NCBI GenBank assembly: GCA_020847635.1
Contig: JADLBQ010000051.1
Span: forward strand, 2,975 to 66,974
Source of the DNA: Bacteroidia bacterium
Lineage (GTDB): Bacteria; Bacteroidota; Bacteroidia; AKYH767-A; OLB10
DNA: 64,000 nt
Direction: 5' to 3'
Shown here: positions 29,579-38,593 of the stretch, in pieces
Layout of the letters: the number at the start of each line of letters is the position of its first letter
Numbering within the stretch: the first letter of the stretch is position 1
The notes under the pieces: generated by a model
Told to the model about the DNA's origin: nothing
The model's input: the letters and a program-made list of their open reading frames with translations, nothing else
The model's database searches: none
Made by a program: the position numbers and the translations under genes

Positions 29579-30454
29579 TTAAAATAAATCATCAAAACTT
29601 TTACGAAGATAACGGTTCACTGCAAACCAGGTACTGACTGTAGAAATAAAAATTCCGGAAGCCAATACGATCCCAAAAAGAATAATCATAAACTTAATGT
29701 CAGTCAGCCCGAATAAATCTGTCATCCCCCGTTGTACAAACAGCAATAATACCAATAACAAAATATTGGCAATAATGGCTCCGTAAAGACCACTTAACAT
29801 TCCTCTTGCCAAAAATGGCCAGCGGATGAATCCTCTCGTGGCTCCGACCAGCTGCATACTTTTTATCAGGAATCGTTTTGCATACAGGGTTAGTCTGATG
29901 GTATTATTAATCAGTACCATCATAATAAAAAACAACAAACTGCCAAATGCAATAATTATCAGACTGATTTTTTTAATGTTTGAAACCAGGTTTTCAACCA
30001 GTGTTTCTTCATACCTGACCTCCATAACCTGAGGATGATGATTATATTTCTCCACAAAATTTCCAATGTTTTCCTTGTTTGCAAATCCGGCATGAAAGGT
30101 GACATCAATAGTTGGAAGCAGTGGATTGGTCCCTAAGATTTTAACAAAATCCTCATTCAGCTCTTCAGAAAGCTTCTCAGCTGCTTCTTCTTTCGTAATG
30201 ATTACCGCATCTTTAACAGACTCTTCTTTTTGAAGCTCGTCAGCAAGAGCTCTTATTTCCTGTTCTGAAGCAGAACTTTTTATCACAAAATTTACTGCCA
30301 GATTCTCTTTAAAATAATCAGATGCCTGACGGGCGTTCAGAATCAGAATTGCCAAAACTCCTATTACAAACAGTACCAGCGATATACTCACCACCGTTGA
30401 AACGTAAGATGAGCGTAATGCCCGTTGTGCTATTTTATTACCTTCTTCAGCCAC
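29579..30454 (-). CDS. ftsX: cell division permease FtsX-like protein
   Basis: FtsX topology: one TM helix, a periplasmic domain, then three TM helices. I prefer the GTG start at 30454 because a -7 promoter box (30476-30483) lies inside the longer listed ORF (to 30505). Confidence 0.8.
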   Translation of the reverse strand: MAEEGNKIAQRALRSSYVSTVVSISLVLFVIGVLAILILNARQASDYFKENLAVNFVIKSSASEQEIRALADELQKEESVKDAVIITKEEAAEKLSEELNEDFVKILGTNPLLPTIDVTFHAGFANKENIGNFVEKYNHHPQVMEVRYEETLVENLVSNIKKISLIIIAFGSLLFFIMMVLINNTIRLTLYAKRFLIKSMQLVGATRGFIRWPFLARGMLSGLYGAIIANILLLVLLLFVQRGMTDLFGLTDIKFMIILFGIVLASGIFISTVSTWFAVNRYLRKSFDDLF

Positions 30455-30475
30455 AATGATTCTGACTATGCGCAG

Positions 30476-30483
30476 CAAAAGTA
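30476..30483 (-). promoter_or_regulatory. -7 promoter box (TACTTTTG on minus strand) for ftsX
   Basis: Plus-strand CAAAAGTA lies 22 nt upstream of the GTG at 30454. Confidence 0.4.
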
Positions 30484-30606
30484 ACCAAAGCAGCAAGTCA
30501 GGCACTGAATTCCAGCCTGTTCTTAGGAATTGTTTTTAAATTCAAGTTGTTTAAAAGCCCGGAAGCATTCCTGTGATTTAAGCTAAAAAATAGAAATCAA
30601 TCATTC

Positions 30607-30614
30607 TATTTTTG
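30607..30614 (+). promoter_or_regulatory. -7 promoter box TATTTTTG
   Basis: Exact TAnnTTTG match. It contains the TTG (30612) used by the ORF track, which supports the ATG at 30627 as the real start. Confidence 0.45.
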
Positions 30615-30626
30615 GCCTATTCTGAG

Positions 30627-31691
30627 ATGAAGAAATTCTTGATTCTGACTTATGATTATGAACTGTTTCTGGGAAGAAGAAGCGGCAGTGTGGAGCAGTG
30701 TGAAATTACTCCAACTAACACCACCCTGAAGATTCTTTCAGCATTTGGAGCAAAGGCAATCTTTTTTACTGATACCCTGCAGCTTGTAAAACTGAAGCAA
30801 CTTGCCGGGCGCGGAAACAAAAAGGCAGCTTCTGATTTTAGCAAATTACAAGAACAGTTCTCAGACCTGATTTTATCAGGCCATTATATTTTCCCCCACA
30901 TTCATACTCACTGGCTTGATGCTGTTTATATTAATGACTCCCATGAATGGGATCTTTCTAATGTAGATCGTTACCGGTTTAGTCAATGTTCAACTAAGCA
31001 GCAGAACATGGTATTTAAAGACTCGGTTGAAATCCTCTCTGAAATGATACGACCTGTAAACCCGGATTATTCAATTGATACGTTCCGAGCAGGCGGATGG
31101 TGTATTCAGCCTTTTAGCAATTTCATTCACCTCTTCAAGGAATACGGAATTAAATTTGAAATGAGTGTGTTACCGGGGTTTTACTCATTTTCCAATGCAC
31201 AGTATTTTGATTTTACCACGGCCCCAAGACAATCAATTTACTGTTTTGAAGATGATGAATGCAGAGAAACACCGGAGGGCTCATTCAGGCAGTTCACTAT
31301 TTCCTCCGTTCCATTCAGCTCATTTCAGCAATTTCTTGACAGATTATGGCTGAAGTTTTCACCTTATTTAATAAGAAATAATTTCCCAGCCCAAGGAAAT
31401 GGTCAAGCATCAAAACCGATCATTCCACAACCAAAACCAAAATGTTTCGGATACGATGTTCTGGAAAATAAACGTCAAAGGATTGCGATTGAACTTCTGA
31501 CTCCGGTTACCATGCCTGTATATAAGAGATTCTTGGCAGTAAACAATTACATGCATTTTTTATCACACCCTAAAATGATCACCCCTTACCATCATCAGTT
31601 ATTCAAAAAGTTTCTTGAATACGCATTTTCCGATTTTGAAATCGAAACAGATTTTAAAGCCTGCCTGAATGAGCACGAGCTGAACATATGA
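30627..31691 (+). CDS. polysaccharide deacetylase-like (CE4-type) protein
   Basis: LTYDYE (TFDxE-like), PHIHTHW His motif and FRAGGW, as in divergent CE4 deacetylases found in exopolysaccharide loci. Confidence 0.55.
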   Translation: MKKFLILTYDYELFLGRRSGSVEQCEITPTNTTLKILSAFGAKAIFFTDTLQLVKLKQLAGRGNKKAASDFSKLQEQFSDLILSGHYIFPHIHTHWLDAVYINDSHEWDLSNVDRYRFSQCSTKQQNMVFKDSVEILSEMIRPVNPDYSIDTFRAGGWCIQPFSNFIHLFKEYGIKFEMSVLPGFYSFSNAQYFDFTTAPRQSIYCFEDDECRETPEGSFRQFTISSVPFSSFQQFLDRLWLKFSPYLIRNNFPAQGNGQASKPIIPQPKPKCFGYDVLENKRQRIAIELLTPVTMPVYKRFLAVNNYMHFLSHPKMITPYHHQLFKKFLEYAFSDFEIETDFKACLNEHELNI

Positions 31692-32836
31692 GCAGATTAA
31701 TTTACCTTACCTATGCCGATCAGCCATCAGGTGTTTACAGCAGCCAGGTCTGTGATGTGGTGAATTACCTCAATCAGCAACTTAATGCCGAAGTCAGGCT
31801 GGTGTCATTTGTTTCGTTGAGGAGATTTTCAGCTTCAAAGCAGAAAATAAAATCTGAAGTAAATGATGCCATTGTCTTGCCGATGTTGCCAAAAGCTAAT
31901 TACTGGAAATGCTCCCTTCCGTTATTGCTACTTGTATGCCTGATGACCGGCTGTCGCTCAATTCTTGGCAGGGGTGTACTTGCAACTAATCTGGCTTTAC
32001 TTTGTCGCAAATGGGGAATCATTAAGAAAGCCGGATATGACGGACGGGGTGCAATTGCTGCCGAATGGTCTGAATACGAAGTTGTACCCTATTTTAACCT
32101 GAAGAATTCAATTGACCAGTTAGAGAAAAGAGCTGTTCTAGAATCGGATTACAGGATTGCTGTTTCAGAAAAACTGGTTGATTATTGGCGGGACCGGTAT
32201 TCCTACAGTGCAAATCACCATGTAGTAATCCCATGCCTGCTGAATTCAAGTTTTGGTTTTCTCCATCTGAACAGGCTGGAGAGAAAAGCAATCAGATTAA
32301 AATCAGGTATCAAAGAAGATGCAACGGTACTGGCTTATTCCGGTTCGGTATCCGGATGGCAGTCTTTCGGGCTTGTGAAGCAGTCATTAGAACCGCTTCT
32401 TCGTAAAAACAAAAACACAGTATTGTTATTTATGTCGGCTGCAGATAATCATATTGATCAGTTGTTGCAGGAATTCCCCGGGCAGGTTTTCAGAATTTGG
32501 GTTAAGCACCAGGAAGTAAGTTCCCTGTTGGCAGCATGCGATTTTGGCATATTAATTCGTAATCATTCTGTTACAAACCAGGTTGCATCTCCTACCAAAT
32601 TTGCTGAATACCTAGGAGCAGGGTTGCCAGTACTTATTTCAGAAGGCATTGGTGACTACACAGATTTTGTAAGAAAACATCAATGCGGAATGGTGCTGTC
32701 CCCCGGAGAAATTGTATCATCACTTCCGGCAACACGTCCTTTGCCTGATTTTCTTCACAAGCTGGTCAAAACACATTTTACCAAAGAGTCACAAACTCCT
32801 CAGTATTTAAATCTGCTGGCAGGATTAAACATCTGA
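31688..32836 (+). CDS. glycosyltransferase (GT-B, family 4-like)
   Basis: 382 aa. C-terminal PTKFAEYLGAGLPVLISEGIGD resembles the GT4 E-x7-E region. It overlaps the upstream gene by 4 nt. Confidence 0.65.
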   Translation: MSRLIYLTYADQPSGVYSSQVCDVVNYLNQQLNAEVRLVSFVSLRRFSASKQKIKSEVNDAIVLPMLPKANYWKCSLPLLLLVCLMTGCRSILGRGVLATNLALLCRKWGIIKKAGYDGRGAIAAEWSEYEVVPYFNLKNSIDQLEKRAVLESDYRIAVSEKLVDYWRDRYSYSANHHVVIPCLLNSSFGFLHLNRLERKAIRLKSGIKEDATVLAYSGSVSGWQSFGLVKQSLEPLLRKNKNTVLLFMSAADNHIDQLLQEFPGQVFRIWVKHQEVSSLLAACDFGILIRNHSVTNQVASPTKFAEYLGAGLPVLISEGIGDYTDFVRKHQCGMVLSPGEIVSSLPATRPLPDFLHKLVKTHFTKESQTPQYLNLLAGLNI

Positions 32837-32960
32837 ATACTTTTTCTTTTCTGGTTGTAATAACTTACAGATGTAAGAATTAGCCACCTCCGTATTCATT
32901 ACAGAATTCAACGGCTTCACTTTTGCCAGAGGATTTACGAAAAAATAATACAGCTACAAC

Positions 32961-33869
32961 ATGAAAAAAACAATTGCAAACCTGTTTTCACTTGCCGTTA
33001 TTGGATTGGCATTTGCTTCCTGCCAGAAAGAAAGTGAGAACATCATGGTACCCAATGAAAATGGAAGTAACCGTACAGCATCCGCTGCGGTAATTTCACC
33101 AATCGGTGCCCCGCCTACAACTTTTACGCAAAAAGTTCTGATTGAATCCTTTGTAAGTGCATCAGCTGAGCGGACTCCGATGAATGATGAATTATACCGA
33201 AACGCCAAGGTCAGATACCCTGGTCGTGTTTTTGCAGCAAATTTTCATCTTAATGATAGGATGACAGAAAGTGCAACACCTGATGTCTATAGTATGTTGA
33301 ATAATGGTGTCATTCCGGGCATGCCGTCTGCTATGCAAAACCGAATTGCATACAATGGTGTCCTGCTTAATTCCAATTTGAACTGGGATGTTTCATTGCC
33401 CTTAACATTAGGGGCAACCCCTGAAATGGGACTTGCCATACAATCAAGAGTCACTTCTGGCTTGTTAAATGTTGTCGTACATTCAGGTTTCAGTAATGAC
33501 CTCCCCGGAAAATTCAAACTGGTTGCCTACTTGATTGAAGACAATGTAACAGGTAACGGGAATGGTTATGACCAGATGAATGCCGGCAATAACGACCCTG
33601 CAAGTTCTTTCTACAACAAGGGGAATCCGATAATTGGCTACCAACACAATGGAGTGGTTCGTCAACTTCTTACACCTGCAAAAGGAGTTTCAGTTCCTTC
33701 TTCTGACCTGATTCAGGGAGGTCATTTCATACATCGCATCAGTGTTGATTTTTTACCTGGATGCAATGTTGACAACTGTTTTATCTTAGCTTTTGTTTTT
33801 AATGAAGTAACCGGGCAGATATTGAATGTGCAATCAGCAAAACTGAACAGAACTCAGAACTGGGATTAA
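32961..33869 (+). CDS. lipoprotein, Omp28-related/thioredoxin-like fold without CxxC (tentative)
   Basis: Lipobox LAFASC. KVLIESFVSASAERTP...AANFHLND resembles the Omp28-family pattern vLiEeFTG.xCxxCP...vH, but both Cys residues are replaced. Confidence 0.45.
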   Translation: MKKTIANLFSLAVIGLAFASCQKESENIMVPNENGSNRTASAAVISPIGAPPTTFTQKVLIESFVSASAERTPMNDELYRNAKVRYPGRVFAANFHLNDRMTESATPDVYSMLNNGVIPGMPSAMQNRIAYNGVLLNSNLNWDVSLPLTLGATPEMGLAIQSRVTSGLLNVVVHSGFSNDLPGKFKLVAYLIEDNVTGNGNGYDQMNAGNNDPASSFYNKGNPIIGYQHNGVVRQLLTPAKGVSVPSSDLIQGGHFIHRISVDFLPGCNVDNCFILAFVFNEVTGQILNVQSAKLNRTQNWD

Positions 33870-33890
33870 GGTTATTCCAGTCTAGAATAA

Positions 33891-33922
33891 AAAAAGTTGT
33901 TCCGGACGGAACAACTTTTTTT
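33891..33922 (+). terminator. rho-independent terminator
   Basis: AAAAAGTTGTTCC-GGAC-GGAACAACTTTTT hairpin followed by a T-run. Confidence 0.8.
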
Positions 33923-34032
33923 ATTTGTTTTCACAGCCATTAATCAAGAGCACTTTTTAACCGGATGTTAAAATTTCAACATCTTGTTAACAAAAGAATT
34001 AAAGGTAAGAAGCACTTTGTACTTTTACCCCG

Positions 34033-36672
34033 ATGAGCGAGACCTTTACAGCAAAAAAGGATAAGTTAAAACGGCTGCTGCCGGGCGAAACACCCTTGAT
34101 GAAACAATACAAAAGCATTAAGGCACAATACCCGGATGCCTTGCTTTTATTTCGTGTTGGTGATTTTTATGAGTTGTTTAATGAAGATGCCGTTAAAGCA
34201 TCTTCGATTCTTGGAATTGTTCTGACCAAACGCGCCAATGGTGCAGCTACAGAGATGGATCTTGCCGGCTTCCCATATCATGCCCTGGATGTTTATTTGC
34301 CGAAATTGGTTCGTGCCGGACAACGTGTTGCAATCTGCGACCAGCTTGAAGACCCTAAAACAGCAAAAAGCATTGTAAAGCGTGGTGTTACTGAATTGGT
34401 ATCTCCCGGGGTTGCTGTTTCAGACAAAATACTTGACCATAAATCAAATAATTTTCTGGCCGTTATTGCCGGAGATGAACCACTTTATGGAATTGCACTG
34501 GTTGATGTTTCAACAGGTGAGTTTTTTGTTTCTGAAGGAACACATGATCACATTGACAGGTGGCTTCAGCAATATCAGCCCAGTGAAGTGGTTATGACAA
34601 AACAGATGACCCATCTGTTTAGCAGTCGTTTTGGAAGCCAGTATTATATTTATGGAATTGACGATTGGATATTCGGACAAGACTATAGTTATAAAAAATT
34701 ACTTGACCATTTTGAAACTTCTTCTTTAAAAGGATTTGGTATTTATACGCTGACAAAAGGAATTCAATCGGCCGGTGCTGCCTTGCATTACCTGTCGGAA
34801 ATGCAGCAGAATGACTTGAAACAGATTACACGCATTAACCGGCTGGATGATGTCCGGTATATGTGGATGGACCGCTTTACCATTCGGAATCTTGAGTTAG
34901 TATCCTCTGTTCAGCCAGATGCAAAAACCCTGATTGAAATCCTGGACCACACCCTTACTCCAATGGGTGCCAGGCTGCTCAGGCGCTGGCTACTGATGCC
35001 TCTGCGCGACAAGAAACAAATTGTAAAACGCCATGAAATGGTAGCCTGCCTGTTAAACAATCTGCAGGCTGCCGATGAAATGCGAAAATACATCCGGCAG
35101 ATTGGCGACCTCGAAAGGCTGATTACCAAGGTGGCTATGAACAAAGTATCACCCAGAGAAATTGTTCAGCTGAAGAAGAGCTTAAAAGCATTAACACCAC
35201 TTAAGGAAGCAGCTATTTCCACAGGTGGCCCTGCCTTGATTTCCTTGGCCGAAACTTTAAATGACTGCCACATTTTAACTGATAAGATCAATCAGTTTCT
35301 GGTTGATGATTCACCTTCTTCATCAGTAAAAGGAGGATTTATCAAATCAGGGGTTGCGAAAGAACTGGATGAATTAAGGAATGTCTCAATATCAGGTAAG
35401 GAACATTTATCAAGACTGCAACAAAAGGAAATTGAAAGTACCGGAATAAACTCACTCAAAGTAGGTTTTAATAATGTTTTCGGCTATTATATTGAGGTTA
35501 CCCATACCCATAAGCATAAGATTCCTGCAAGCTGGATTCGTAAGCAAACACTTACCAATGCCGAGAGATATGTAACAGAAGAGCTGAAATGCTACGAAGA
35601 GAAAATTCTGGGAGCCGAAGAAAAAATGCTTGCTCTTGAAGGAACTCTCTTTGCAGAACTGCTGGCTTTTACACAACCTTATACAGAAGTCATTCAGGCC
35701 AATGCCTTTTTGGTTGCACAACTGGACTGCCTGCTTTCTTACGCCCAGTCTGCATATACCAATCATTATGTATGTCCAGAAATGAGTGATGAATGTGTTA
35801 CACTTATCAAAGGTGGCCGGCATCCGGTGTTAGAGAAACTGATGCCTGCCGGTGAATCATACATTGCCAATGATGTAACCCTTGATAATAACAACCAGCA
35901 AATTCTTGTGATTACCGGTCCAAATATGAGTGGAAAATCTGCCTTACTCAGGCAAACAGCCTTGATTACCATTATGGCTCAGGCAGGAAGTTTTGTACCT
36001 GCAGATTCAGCAATTACCGGAATCTGTGATAAGGTATTTACGCGGGTTGGAGCCAGCGATAATATTTCATCCGGTGAATCTACCTTCATGGTGGAAATGA
36101 ATGAAACTGCCAGTATCCTGAATAACATTACACCTGATAGCCTGGTAGTTTTAGACGAAATCGGCAGAGGTACAAGCACCTATGACGGGATATCCATTGC
36201 ATGGGCAATTGCTGATTACCTGCATAGTAATCCTCAGGCAAAAGCACGCACCTTATTTGCTACTCATTACCATGAACTGAATGAAATGGCATCGTCATAC
36301 ACCCGGATTAAGAATTTTCATATTGCTGTAAAAGAATCTGATAAAAGAGTGATCTTTCTGAGAAAGCTGGTTCCGGGCGGAAGCGAGCACAGTTTCGGAA
36401 TTCATGTTGCTAAAATGTCAGGCATGCCATCATCAGTAATTGAGAAAGCAGCACAAATGCTGAAATTATTGGAGCAGGCTCACAGCAACAGTGAACTCAT
36501 TAAAGAAGCAAATCACAAAAAAGAAAAAGATACCCTTCAGTTAAGTTTCTTTCAGCTCGATGATCCTGCACTGGAGAAAATTAGGGATGAGCTCCTAAAA
36601 ACCGATATTCATACCCTTACTCCCGTAGAAGCTCTGCTGAAGCTGAATGATATTAAAAAACTGCTAGGTTGA
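34033..36672 (+). CDS. mutS: DNA mismatch repair protein MutS
   Basis: 879 aa. TPLMKQY, GDFYELF, Walker A GPNMSGKS, DEIGRGTSTYDG and THYHEL. Confidence 0.97.
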   Translation: MSETFTAKKDKLKRLLPGETPLMKQYKSIKAQYPDALLLFRVGDFYELFNEDAVKASSILGIVLTKRANGAATEMDLAGFPYHALDVYLPKLVRAGQRVAICDQLEDPKTAKSIVKRGVTELVSPGVAVSDKILDHKSNNFLAVIAGDEPLYGIALVDVSTGEFFVSEGTHDHIDRWLQQYQPSEVVMTKQMTHLFSSRFGSQYYIYGIDDWIFGQDYSYKKLLDHFETSSLKGFGIYTLTKGIQSAGAALHYLSEMQQNDLKQITRINRLDDVRYMWMDRFTIRNLELVSSVQPDAKTLIEILDHTLTPMGARLLRRWLLMPLRDKKQIVKRHEMVACLLNNLQAADEMRKYIRQIGDLERLITKVAMNKVSPREIVQLKKSLKALTPLKEAAISTGGPALISLAETLNDCHILTDKINQFLVDDSPSSSVKGGFIKSGVAKELDELRNVSISGKEHLSRLQQKEIESTGINSLKVGFNNVFGYYIEVTHTHKHKIPASWIRKQTLTNAERYVTEELKCYEEKILGAEEKMLALEGTLFAELLAFTQPYTEVIQANAFLVAQLDCLLSYAQSAYTNHYVCPEMSDECVTLIKGGRHPVLEKLMPAGESYIANDVTLDNNNQQILVITGPNMSGKSALLRQTALITIMAQAGSFVPADSAITGICDKVFTRVGASDNISSGESTFMVEMNETASILNNITPDSLVVLDEIGRGTSTYDGISIAWAIADYLHSNPQAKARTLFATHYHELNEMASSYTRIKNFHIAVKESDKRVIFLRKLVPGGSEHSFGIHVAKMSGMPSSVIEKAAQMLKLLEQAHSNSELIKEANHKKEKDTLQLSFFQLDDPALEKIRDELLKTDIHTLTPVEALLKLNDIKKLLG

Positions 36673-36689
36673 CTTAATATTCTATATTG

Positions 36690-37706
36690 ATGATTGTTGT
36701 AACCGGAGGAACAGGATTGCTTGGCTCTCATCTGTTGCTGAGCCTTACTTCAGGCAGTGAGAAGATACTGGCTGTCAAACGGAAAAATTCTTCTCTCCGG
36801 TCAGTCAGATTTTTGTTTGAATCACATCCGGAGCAATTCAATAAGATTGAATGGATTGATTGTGATATCACAGATGTAGCAGGCCTGTCAGAAATAATAA
36901 AAAGAGCCGAAAAGGTCTATCACTGTGCTGCAGCTGTTTCTTTCAATCCCAGTGATGCAGAGAAGCTGATTCGCACCAATGTATCGGGAACAACCAATAT
37001 TGTTAATCTGTGCCTGGATTACAGAGTACACAAGCTGTGTTATGTCAGCTCGGTGGCTGCCATTAATCGGACTGATGAATCGCAGCAGATTACTGAAGAT
37101 ACTCCCTGGAAGAATACCAGGGAAAATTCCAATTATGCAATCAGCAAGCAGCTTGCTGAACGCGAAGTATGGAGAGCTGTTGCCGAAGGGCTCAATGCTG
37201 TTATTGTGAATCCGGGCATTATCATTGGAGCCGGTAACTGGCATTGGGGAAGCGGTCGGCTGATCAGTAGCGTGTGGGATGGGCTTCGGTTTTTTACGGA
37301 AGGAACAACCGGAGTGGTGTCGGCTACTGATGTAGCTGAATGTATGATCAGGCTCATGGAAAGTGAAATCCACTCCGAGCGGTTTATTGTTGTGGCTGAA
37401 AATAAATCATATGCTGAATTATTGTTTGCAATAGCAGATGGGTTAGGTAAAAAGCGACCATCTTACCGGGCTGGGAAAATCTTAGCGGGTCTTGCCTGGA
37501 AAAGTGCTTTGTTAAAATCCTTTATTACCGGAAAACAACCTTTTATTACTAAGGAAACGGCTCTGTCAGGAATTAAACAGGTGCAGTTTGTAAACCATAA
37601 AATCCGTAAAGCAACAGGAATTGAATTTGAGAAAATAGAAAAAGTAATTGCCCGGACTACTCAAGCATTTCTCTACCAGTTGAATCGTCAACCTGCTTTA
37701 AAGTAG
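36690..37706 (+). CDS. NAD-dependent epimerase/dehydratase (extended SDR) family protein
   Basis: MIVVTGGTGLLGSHL Rossmann motif and YAISK (YxxxK). Start set at ATG 36690, one codon inside the listed TTG. Confidence 0.85.
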   Translation: MIVVTGGTGLLGSHLLLSLTSGSEKILAVKRKNSSLRSVRFLFESHPEQFNKIEWIDCDITDVAGLSEIIKRAEKVYHCAAAVSFNPSDAEKLIRTNVSGTTNIVNLCLDYRVHKLCYVSSVAAINRTDESQQITEDTPWKNTRENSNYAISKQLAEREVWRAVAEGLNAVIVNPGIIIGAGNWHWGSGRLISSVWDGLRFFTEGTTGVVSATDVAECMIRLMESEIHSERFIVVAENKSYAELLFAIADGLGKKRPSYRAGKILAGLAWKSALLKSFITGKQPFITKETALSGIKQVQFVNHKIRKATGIEFEKIEKVIARTTQAFLYQLNRQPALK

Positions 37707-38440
37707 GAAGTGCGTGTAAGTAACTCTTCAGGGAAATGATCATTCCGGTTGCCCTCTTCTTTATAATAGTAAATCCAGCTTCCGGCAATTATTAAATCTA
37801 TACGGTACCTGAACGGGTTAACGACAGAACTGATGAAACGCAAAAGCATATTCCCCTTTTGCTGGCTATAGTAATTCATAACTGCTTTGGCATTTTTAGC
37901 TTTGTAATGAAATAAATCATCCAGCGTATTTATTACAAATCTGTACTTTGATACAATGTATGAAAACACCTGAGCACGCTCCTCAGCTGAACAGCAGCTG
38001 ACTAGATTAACACAGGTTTGCGAAAGATCGGATTGCCTGGTAATGGAGTCCAGCAAATGGTACTCGAACAGGTAAGGAAGTGAAGGTACTTTAAATCCGT
38101 CTTTACAGGTTACAGATTCTATTACTGTATACGGGGTTGTTATACAAACAGTATTAAACTGCAAATTTGACTTTGTCATTATCTTCATTTCGGAATGGTC
38201 CCTGAAGACAAGTTCAATATCGTACTGAAACTTTCGGGATCTTATACGAAAATAATCCAATCCTTCAGCTCTTGAGAAAAACTTAACCAGCCGGTTTAAT
38301 TCCGGTTGTACAATTAAAATATCGAGGTTGTTAATAGAATCCCCGTTTACCGAAGATACTGAATAATTAAGAACTGCATATTTTATGTCAATTGTTTGTT
38401 GCTTAAAGGTATTTAAAAATTGCCGACTCAGATTATCCAT
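37688..38440 (-). CDS. hypothetical protein (weak nucleotidyltransferase-fold resemblance)
   Basis: 250 aa with no signal peptide or TM helix. NGDSINNLDILIV loosely resembles the G[SD]S..D.D pattern of NTases, but I recognise no family. It overlaps the convergent SDR gene by 19 nt. Confidence 0.5.
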   Translation of the reverse strand: MDNLSRQFLNTFKQQTIDIKYAVLNYSVSSVNGDSINNLDILIVQPELNRLVKFFSRAEGLDYFRIRSRKFQYDIELVFRDHSEMKIMTKSNLQFNTVCITTPYTVIESVTCKDGFKVPSLPYLFEYHLLDSITRQSDLSQTCVNLVSCCSAEERAQVFSYIVSKYRFVINTLDDLFHYKAKNAKAVMNYYSQQKGNMLLRFISSVVNPFRYRIDLIIAGSWIYYYKEEGNRNDHFPEELLTRTSYFKAG

Positions 38441-38593
38441 GTGAAGCAGAATTTGGGGTTGACAGCCTGACTCCTTGTTGTTTACGATGCAAAAATGCAG
38501 TTTTCTCGTTAAAGACTAAACGTATTAAAGTATGATTTTCATCCTGTGAATTCCCGGTTTAGATCAGACATTCGTATAATGTGCTGCTACGAA

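Noticed and set aside
33965-34036. 23-codon basic uORF (MLKFQHLVNKRIKGKKHFVLLPR) whose TGA overlaps the mutS ATG, plus the nearby palindromes ATGTTAAAATTTCAACAT and TTGTTAACAA
   Set aside because: An ORF this short is expected by chance in AT-rich intergenic DNA. The palindromes are short (5+5 perfect, or 9+9 with a mismatch) and of marginal significance. There is no promoter box to place the uORF on the mRNA. It would only be worth revisiting if conserved upstream of mutS in relatives.
36888-37373. 161-aa minus-strand ORF (and the 74-76-aa ORFs nearby)
   Set aside because: It is antisense to the SDR epimerase/dehydratase gene, whose Rossmann and YxxxK motifs identify the real frame. This is a shadow ORF.
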